From Candidatus Pacearchaeota archaeon (lineage in GTDB: Archaea; Nanobdellota; Nanobdellia; Pacearchaeales; UBA284), in contig JAPLYB010000040.1 in NCBI GenBank assembly GCA_026395795.1, positions 5,464 to 69,463 of the forward strand: 64,000 nucleotides of DNA. The letters run 5' to 3'. Position 1 is the stretch's first letter, and each line of letters starts with the position of its first letter. The notes beneath the pieces are model-generated. The model saw only the letters and a list, made by a program, of their open reading frames with translations, made no database searches and was not told the origin of the DNA. Positions 58,518-64,000 of the stretch are shown here, one piece after another. The position numbers and the translations under genes were made by a program.

Positions 58518-59288
58518 TTATTCCAATGCTTTAAAATTATTTTCAAATCTTTTCCATTTTCCATAATCTTTAGAACTAAAATGTTGTCTATCTTGGTCTT
58601 TTAAAAATGATGTTCCTTTCATAGAATTACCCATCGTTTTAATAAAGTCCTGAACAGACATAACTAAAAAATGTGGTTTGTCATCATCATCTATTAAGCA
58701 CCAAATAAAGAAATGGTCTTTAGAAATTATCATGTCTCTTGGTTTATGGTCTGTTGCGTAAGTATTTTTTGATTTTTCACCGATATATTCTACTCTTGAA
58801 GATTTTACTTGTATTGACCTGAATTTTGTTTTATACTCTTTAGAACCACAATTACAATAATAGTTAATCAATTTTACTTCCCCTCCACATTTATCACAAG
58901 TTGGAATAAGAGTAAAATTATCCACGCCTTTATTGTCACATTTTTTACAATTCGTGCTACTTCCTTCTGTTCTTGTTTTACATTTATTGCATATTTTTAT
59001 AGGTTTAATATTTCTTTTTTCAGTTTTAGAAAAGTCTTTATGACATTTATTACAAATTAAAGAGGGGGTCATAGCCCAGCTCTTACCACATTTTGCACAA
59101 GCGTATTTATGGGCTATAATATCAATATATTCATCATACATAGGACTATACACATTCCAACCATGTTTAGATAATTCAAAAGAAACTAAAAACTCCCCAT
59201 ATCTTGAAAAGTGTTTTACATTCAAATCAGAAGTCGTTTTATAATGTTCTTCTTGGGCTTCTTCTTGTTCTTCTATATCCTTTTCCAT
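58518..59288 (-). CDS. multi-zinc-ribbon protein with N-terminal PD-(D/E)xK-like region; candidate restriction endonuclease partner of the MTase
   Basis: At least five CxxC pairs (CAKCG, CNKCH, CNKCK, CKKCD, CDKCG); N-terminal YSPMYDEYIDIIAHK; convergent and abutting the MTase 3' end; ATG inside the right TIR. Confidence 0.4.
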   Translation of the reverse strand: MEKDIEEQEEAQEEHYKTTSDLNVKHFSRYGEFLVSFELSKHGWNVYSPMYDEYIDIIAHKYACAKCGKSWAMTPSLICNKCHKDFSKTEKRNIKPIKICNKCKTRTEGSSTNCKKCDNKGVDNFTLIPTCDKCGGEVKLINYYCNCGSKEYKTKFRSIQVKSSRVEYIGEKSKNTYATDHKPRDMIISKDHFFIWCLIDDDDKPHFLVMSVQDFIKTMGNSMKGTSFLKDQDRQHFSSKDYGKWKRFENNFKALE

Positions 59289-59391
59289 TGATAGATTAGG
59301 TAAGACCTATTTTTAATGCTTTCTACCAACCTTTAACGCACCAATACAAACAGAGGCGAACATTTATAAAATAGGAGGTTATCTCGGCTGT

Positions 59392-59892
59392 ATGAGAAAG
59401 GAAGACAAACAAGTAGAGAAGAAAAAATCTTGGATTGAGCGACATAGAACTTTAAGTATAATTTTGGGTGTACTGCTTATTTTTATTGCAATTGGCTGGT
59501 TTATTAATAATAATTTCCCATCTGAGCAAACCCAAACAAATTCAGGTCAGCCTTTGAATAATGATATTTCTCAACAAACAGCCTCTGAATCTTGGCACAA
59601 TGTTACTTCTTTTGATGGAAAAGGAAATGAAAATACAGAATCTTTTATGATTAAAGGAAGTAAAGTAAGAATTACTGCAAGAACATGGGGGTCTCCGGGA
59701 GTTGGAAGTGTTTCTGGCATTCGTTTGGAAAAAGATACTGGAGGATACATTGGAACAGGGCTATCGATTTCTACTCAAGGATATGATGAAGGAAATAGTG
59801 AGACTATTTATCGAAATCTCAAGAGTGGAAATTATTATATCGGTGTCATAAGCGGGATAGAATGGGAAGTTAGAGTAGAGGAGTATTATTAA
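59392..59892 (+). CDS. secreted/membrane-anchored hypothetical protein (166 aa)
   Basis: N-terminal TM LSIILGVLLIFIAIGWFI. Confidence 0.4.
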   Translation: MRKEDKQVEKKKSWIERHRTLSIILGVLLIFIAIGWFINNNFPSEQTQTNSGQPLNNDISQQTASESWHNVTSFDGKGNENTESFMIKGSKVRITARTWGSPGVGSVSGIRLEKDTGGYIGTGLSISTQGYDEGNSETIYRNLKSGNYYIGVISGIEWEVRVEEYY

Positions 59893-59895
59893 TAA

Positions 59896-60309
59896 ATGAA
59901 ACTTTGCAGTGCATGTTTATTGGGAGTAAAATGTAGATGGGATGGAGAAAGTAAATCTTCTGATAAAGTCAATGAGCTTCTAAAGAAAGACCTTTTAATC
60001 CCAATTTGCCCAGAACAACTCGGCGGATTGCCTACACCTAGAACCCCCTCTGAACAAAGAGGTAATAAAGTATTTACAAAAGATGGAAAAGAGGTTACAG
60101 AACAATTTAACAGAGGTGCTGAAGAAGTTCTAAAAATTGCTAAATCATTTGGAATTAAAGAAGCTGTTTTAAAACAAAAAAGTCCTTCTTGTGGTTGTGG
60201 CTTGATCTATGATGGAACTTTCTCTGGAAAATTAATAAGAGGAAATGGAGTAACAACACAATTGTTAAAAGACAATGGGATAAAAGTTATTTCAGAAGAA
60301 GATTTGTAA
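59896..60309 (+). CDS. DUF523-family protein (TudS-like putative 2-thiouracil desulfurase, Fe-S)
   Basis: MKLCSACLLGVKCRWDG N-terminus and conserved Cys residues characteristic of DUF523. Confidence 0.5.
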   Translation: MKLCSACLLGVKCRWDGESKSSDKVNELLKKDLLIPICPEQLGGLPTPRTPSEQRGNKVFTKDGKEVTEQFNRGAEEVLKIAKSFGIKEAVLKQKSPSCGCGLIYDGTFSGKLIRGNGVTTQLLKDNGIKVISEEDL

Positions 60310-60319
60310 AAGAATCAAA

Positions 60320-60778
60320 TTAAAATTTCTTAGAAGTCAAGATAGAATACAACTTTTTGAAAGCATCCTTATTGGTATCCCATTTCATCATTTTTATTGC
60401 ATCTTCAAAACTAACCCACTTGAAATCACTATGATCTCTTTCTAGGTCATTAGTTATGTTTATTTCTACGTTCTCATTTACTTCAAACCCAGATACAATC
60501 TCTTTAACCTCGATTATATCTTCTTGAGTTAAGTAATGCTTAGTTATTACAAAACTATGCACATTTTTAATCACCCTTATTATTTGATTTTTGGATATTC
60601 CTGTTTCTTCTAATATCTCTCTATATGCTCCATCTAGTTCAGACTTATCAGTTTTTTCTAAAGCACCAGTAATGGGTTGCCAAAAATCCCCTTTTTCAGG
60701 AAGTCTTTTTAACAAAAGAAATTCAAAAGAATCTTTTACTTTTCTAAAAATGATACATTCAAGACAAATCCTTTCCAT
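60320..60778 (-). CDS. Nudix hydrolase
   Basis: Nudix box GALEKTDKSELDGAYREILEETGI (REILEETG). Confidence 0.7.
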   Translation of the reverse strand: MERICLECIIFRKVKDSFEFLLLKRLPEKGDFWQPITGALEKTDKSELDGAYREILEETGISKNQIIRVIKNVHSFVITKHYLTQEDIIEVKEIVSGFEVNENVEINITNDLERDHSDFKWVSFEDAIKMMKWDTNKDAFKKLYSILTSKKF

Positions 60779-60902
60779 AAATCCTTAAAAAATAGAAAAG
60801 TTATAAATGTTTCCAGAAAAGATCGCGCCCCGCAGTAAAGCCAAAAATAATTAAACTTGGTTCTCTAGGATTTTGCGTAGCAAAATCCTAATGGAAGATT
60901 TT

Positions 60903-60958
60903 ACTTTAACTTTACTTAAAGTTACTTTAATTTACTAAAAGGAGTTTAAGTAAGAGTA
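60903..60958. repeat. ~56-bp direct repeat copy A (ctttaactttacttaaagttactttaa core) upstream of AbiE-like operon
   Basis: 27-nt perfect core plus ggag-tttaagtaa tail shared with 62703..62766. Confidence 0.8.
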
Positions 60959-61114
60959 TAATAAGAAAACCCACTATTAAACAAAACCGCCTTTTTCTTT
61001 AATAAGAAGATTAGAGATTAAACCCCCTATAAAAAACCGAAAAGTATATAAATATGACTTAAGTCATAATTATACAATAAATGTACAATTATAAACTAAG
61101 TAGAATATGACAAA

Positions 61115-61744
61115 ATGAGCTATAAATTACTAATTAAGAAATTGATGATTGATAAAAAGAAGATTATCACGAGGGAAGAATTAAAAGAATATTGCAAAAA
61201 TTTTAAGATGTCTTATTCTTCTGTAATTGGGTATCTTCTCAGAAATAGGTATGCAGAAAGGATACTAAGAGGAATCTTTTATCTTAAAAGCATAGAAGAA
61301 AGAAAACTTAACAAATCAGACATGAGCTTCTACGAAGCTATCAAAGAAGCTCTAAGGATAAAGGGCGTTAAAAACTGGTATTTTGGCTTAGAAAGTGCTA
61401 TTAAATTAAACAACCTGACTCACGAATACTTTGCCATAGACTTTATTATTTCAGACAAAATAAAAAGAAAGAATACAATTGAGATTTTAGGGCATAAAGT
61501 CAAGTTTCTGACTATTAAAAAAGAGCTAATTAAGTTTGGCATTGAAAAGGGAAAAATCCCTTATTCAGATATTGAAAAAACAATTTTGGATATAGTTTAC
61601 TTGGGGATTTATCGGGGTTATTCGGAATCCACAATAAGAAACGACATAATTGATTATATTGATCTGTGCGACAAGGCAAAGCTTATTAATTATGCAAAAC
61701 ATTATCCTAAGACAATACTAAAGTTCATTCCAAAGACAAAATGA
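61115..61744 (+). CDS. AbiEi-like antitoxin/transcriptional regulator (putative)
   Basis: 209-aa ORF overlapping the start of the AbiEii-like NTase gene by 4 nt; typical AbiEi position. Confidence 0.4.
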   Translation: MSYKLLIKKLMIDKKKIITREELKEYCKNFKMSYSSVIGYLLRNRYAERILRGIFYLKSIEERKLNKSDMSFYEAIKEALRIKGVKNWYFGLESAIKLNNLTHEYFAIDFIISDKIKRKNTIEILGHKVKFLTIKKELIKFGIEKGKIPYSDIEKTILDIVYLGIYRGYSESTIRNDIIDYIDLCDKAKLINYAKHYPKTILKFIPKTK

Positions 61745-62679
61745 TAAGAAAAGAAGCTACTGGATTTATAAAAGAAAAGACAGGAATAAACAAAAGAGAA
61801 TTTATTGAAAAAGACCTTATTCTAAGCCAGCTTCTCTTTCATTTATCAAAAGAAAAATATTTCTTTGATAACTATGCTTTCAAAGGCGGAACTTGTCTAA
61901 TAAAATGTTATCTTGGATATTACAGATTCTCAGAAGACCTTGATTTTACTTACATAAATCAAAAAGAACTTGAAGGAAAAAGCATGAATCAAATGAGGAA
62001 GTTGGTTTCTGATAAAATAGACAAGGTTGCAGAGATACTTGAAAAAATCGCAAAACCCCTTGACTTGAGATTCAAAGCAGACAAACAGGATAAAGATCAC
62101 TTCCAATTTGGCGGAAGCAATGCATTTGTGACTTTTAAGCTCTGGTATAAATCAACCGAATCAGATAAAGAGAATTTCATTAAACTTCAAATCAATTACA
62201 TTGAAAAGCTTAATTATGCGATTAAAGAAATAAAAGCAAAAACTCTGCTATTGAAAGATTTTGAAAAGGAATTTTCTTCATTGTTTCCAGAAGAATTTGA
62301 ATTTTTAAAGCCCGCAAAAATCAAAACTTATGACATAAAAGAAGTTTTAATCGAAAAAATAAGGGCAATCCTGACAAGAAGGGGTGTTAAAGCAAGAGAT
62401 TTTATTGATGTCTATAAAATAACCAAATTAGAAAATCTTAAACTTGAAGATTTTAAGAAAGAAATAATTGACAAAATAAAAGCCATGCTAAAATTTGATA
62501 AATATCAAACTAACCTAGATAAAAAACAGGAAACTAACTTTTCAGCGGATATAGACAAAGAAAAAATAGTAGCTGAAGAAGAAAAGATTCTCCTTGTGCC
62601 TATCCCAGAAGATTTTGCAAAATTTTTGTCTGAATTTAAGGTTTTTCTGAATGAAATTATTTTGTCTTTAAAGAAATAA
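61741..62679 (+). CDS. AbiEii/DUF1814-family nucleotidyltransferase toxin
   Basis: FKGGTCLIKCY...RFSEDLDFTY matches the FKGGTAL...DIDF signature of AbiEii nucleotidyltransferases. Confidence 0.65.
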   Translation: MIRKEATGFIKEKTGINKREFIEKDLILSQLLFHLSKEKYFFDNYAFKGGTCLIKCYLGYYRFSEDLDFTYINQKELEGKSMNQMRKLVSDKIDKVAEILEKIAKPLDLRFKADKQDKDHFQFGGSNAFVTFKLWYKSTESDKENFIKLQINYIEKLNYAIKEIKAKTLLLKDFEKEFSSLFPEEFEFLKPAKIKTYDIKEVLIEKIRAILTRRGVKARDFIDVYKITKLENLKLEDFKKEIIDKIKAMLKFDKYQTNLDKKQETNFSADIDKEKIVAEEEKILLVPIPEDFAKFLSEFKVFLNEIILSLKK

Positions 62680-62702
62680 GAAGGAAGTGCGCCCAGTTTT
62701 CT

Positions 62703-62766
62703 TTAACTTTACTTAAAGTTACTTTAACTTACTTTAACTTACTTAAGGAGATTTAAGTAAACCCCA
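62703..62766. repeat. ~64-bp direct repeat copy B (same core, one extra ttaacttact unit) downstream of AbiE-like operon
   Basis: See copy A; internal short tandem actttaaCtt units. Confidence 0.8.
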
Positions 62767-62842
62767 AATATGACATAAATAATTAGTCTTTTTGGCAAGA
62801 AATAAGTAACATTTTTTAGGAATATCATGTATCATTTAGTAA

Positions 62843-62994
62843 AATTTGACAAATTTACCAAATATCACTGTTTATAATTGTCAAATTTATGCATTTTTTG
62901 CCAAATAGAAATATTTAAATACTTGTATGTCTGTCATATTTTGTATTAATTTGACAAAATGACTTTTGTGAGTATTAAATAATTGTCAAAATTT
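62843..62994. promoter_or_regulatory. four TTTGACAAA sites arranged as two inverted pairs upstream of 62999 gene
   Basis: aatttgacaaattt (62843), aattgtcaaattt (62875), aatttgacaaaatg (62948), aattgtcaaaattt (62981); sites 2 and 4 are the reverse complement of 1 and 3. Confidence 0.35.
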
Positions 62995-62998
62995 CAAA

Positions 62999-63928
62999 AT
63001 GGCTAAAAAAGATTTAGAAAATATCAGAGAAAAATTAAAAGAAATGAAGTCTGAAGACTTGGCAAATGAAAGCTCTATTAAAATAATTAAGGACATAAAA
63101 AAAGAAATTGCAAGAATCCTTAAAGATGCAAGAAAGAAAGAAATAAGAGCTGAAAATAAGATTGGAAAGGAAATTCTTATTCATTTCAAGAAACCGTTTA
63201 CAAAAGAAGATGCCTTTCAGAGATTTATCCCAGAATATTCAAAAGAAGAAATTATTAAAGCACTAAGGAAACTTATACGTGAGAAAAGTTTAGAACTAAT
63301 TAGAAAAGACCTTTATTCAGCACAGATTAGAAATTCTGAGCCCATAATTAGGCTATCCCCCGAAATGGAGAATGTGAGAAAAACACTTAATGATAATGGA
63401 ATCAGTTTTCTCATTACTGGTTTAGACGTGCTTCAAGAATATGTAAATCTTATCCCAAAAAGAATGCTTCATCTAGTCTATGTTGCAGATGGTTCTGGTG
63501 ATTTTGTTAAGAATTTAATTGTAAAAAAGACTGGAAAGATGTGCATTATTAATCCCTCAAGGAAAGAAATAAGAGATATGTTCTCTCATTACGCTGAAGA
63601 TATTATTATAGTCCGGGAAGTTGGAGAAAGTGCGATAGAGTATAATAATAAAGGGATTGCAATGATTGAAAAGGCAATTGTTGATTTATACTTTGAAACA
63701 ACCAGAAAGAGAATTCCCTTTGAAGTCTCGGAACTAACAAGTATTTTAAAGAATACCTTACTTAGATTAAAGATAGATTATAGAAGGTTACTAAGAGCCG
63801 CATCAAGAAGAAACCTGCAATCAGAGTTTATTAGGATTTTTGAGGCTTTAGGGCTTCATATTCCCTATGAAAAAATTAAAGAATCTGCAAACGACCAAGC
63901 AGAAAAAGTAATTAGGATGCTAAAATAA
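62999..63928 (+). CDS. hypothetical protein (309 aa)
   Basis: ORF, Lys/Glu-rich helical; no recognised motifs. Confidence 0.4.
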   Translation: MAKKDLENIREKLKEMKSEDLANESSIKIIKDIKKEIARILKDARKKEIRAENKIGKEILIHFKKPFTKEDAFQRFIPEYSKEEIIKALRKLIREKSLELIRKDLYSAQIRNSEPIIRLSPEMENVRKTLNDNGISFLITGLDVLQEYVNLIPKRMLHLVYVADGSGDFVKNLIVKKTGKMCIINPSRKEIRDMFSHYAEDIIIVREVGESAIEYNNKGIAMIEKAIVDLYFETTRKRIPFEVSELTSILKNTLLRLKIDYRRLLRAASRRNLQSEFIRIFEALGLHIPYEKIKESANDQAEKVIRMLK

Positions 63929-63929
63929 A

Positions 63930-64000
63930 ATGAAAGATGTATTAATTAATGATGAAAGTTATTTTAGTAAAGAGAATATAGAAAAGATAAAAGTAAAGTA
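63930..64000 (+). CDS. 5' end of a gene truncated by the window edge
   Basis: ATG at 63930 (MKDVLINDESYFSKENIEKIKVK...) 2 nt after the previous stop; open to window end. Confidence 0.25.
   Translation, partial: MKDVLINDESYFSKENIEKIKVK

Larger units (their letters stand above)
54659..59357. mobile_element. 4.7-kb transposon-like element: 9-bp direct repeat AACAGAGGC flanking ~42-bp imperfect terminal inverted repeats (25 bp perfect: TGTATTGGTGCGTTAAAGGTTGGTA)
   Basis: Left: 54659-54667 AACAGAGGC then TIR 54668-54709. Right: TIR 59306-59348 (reverse complement) then AACAGAGGC 59349-59357. Both TIRs contain TTAAAAAT + ATGGAAAA starts of inward-facing genes. Confidence 0.75.

Noticed and set aside
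60903-62766. Possible CRISPR array suggested by short tandem actttaaCtt units
   Set aside because: Only 2-3 degenerate units without unique spacers and no cas genes; interpreted as a direct repeat flanking the AbiE cassette instead. No CRISPR array was seen anywhere in the window.
44033-64000. attR copy of the tRNA-Arg 3' end that would delimit an integrated element
   Set aside because: I could not find a second copy of the tRNA 3' segment by eye in the intergenic regions inspected. The element may extend beyond the window or lack a long att repeat; I left it as unverified rather than calling island boundaries.

Overview
This is an AT-rich window (roughly one-third GC by eye). I read it as archaeal on four grounds: an intron-containing tRNA, a diphthine synthase, an archaeal-type IMP cyclohydrolase (PurO), and pilin-like proteins with KG|Q class III signal peptides. 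A small-genome DPANN-like archaeon is an inference only.

- **1-16 kb (housekeeping block):** a compact purE-purC-purO-purA-purB operon on the minus strand, a type IA topoisomerase, glutamyl-tRNA synthetase, a CYTH protein, and a GTPase with its small partner.
- **16-43 kb (cell-surface block):** two giant Cys-rich proteins, each preceded by a type IV pilin-like gene. There are three further large membrane-anchored surface proteins (CC-repeat, PKD-like, beta-helix). Four HEPN/nucleotidyltransferase (MNT) toxin-antitoxin pairs are interspersed. One cassette sits between perfect 54-bp direct repeats that duplicate the promoter and start of a giant gene. Diphthine synthase, TatD and two free-standing LAGLIDADG proteins also lie here.
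- **43.9-64 kb (island-like region):** an intron-containing tRNA-Arg(TCT) followed by a tyrosine integrase opens this region. It holds a third pilin-like + giant (1896 aa) pair and two glycine-zipper membrane paralogs. It also holds a 4.7-kb transposon-like element with 42-bp imperfect TIRs and a 9-bp target duplication. That element carries an IS6-like transposase, a Zn-ribbon/DNA-methyltransferase/multi-Zn-finger module, and an unknown two-gene cassette. A Nudix hydrolase, a DUF523 protein and an AbiEi/AbiEii pair flanked by ~60-bp direct repeats complete the region.

No rRNA and no CRISPR array were seen.

The most novel-looking signals are the repeated pilin-like + giant surface-protein modules and the cargo-carrying transposon.
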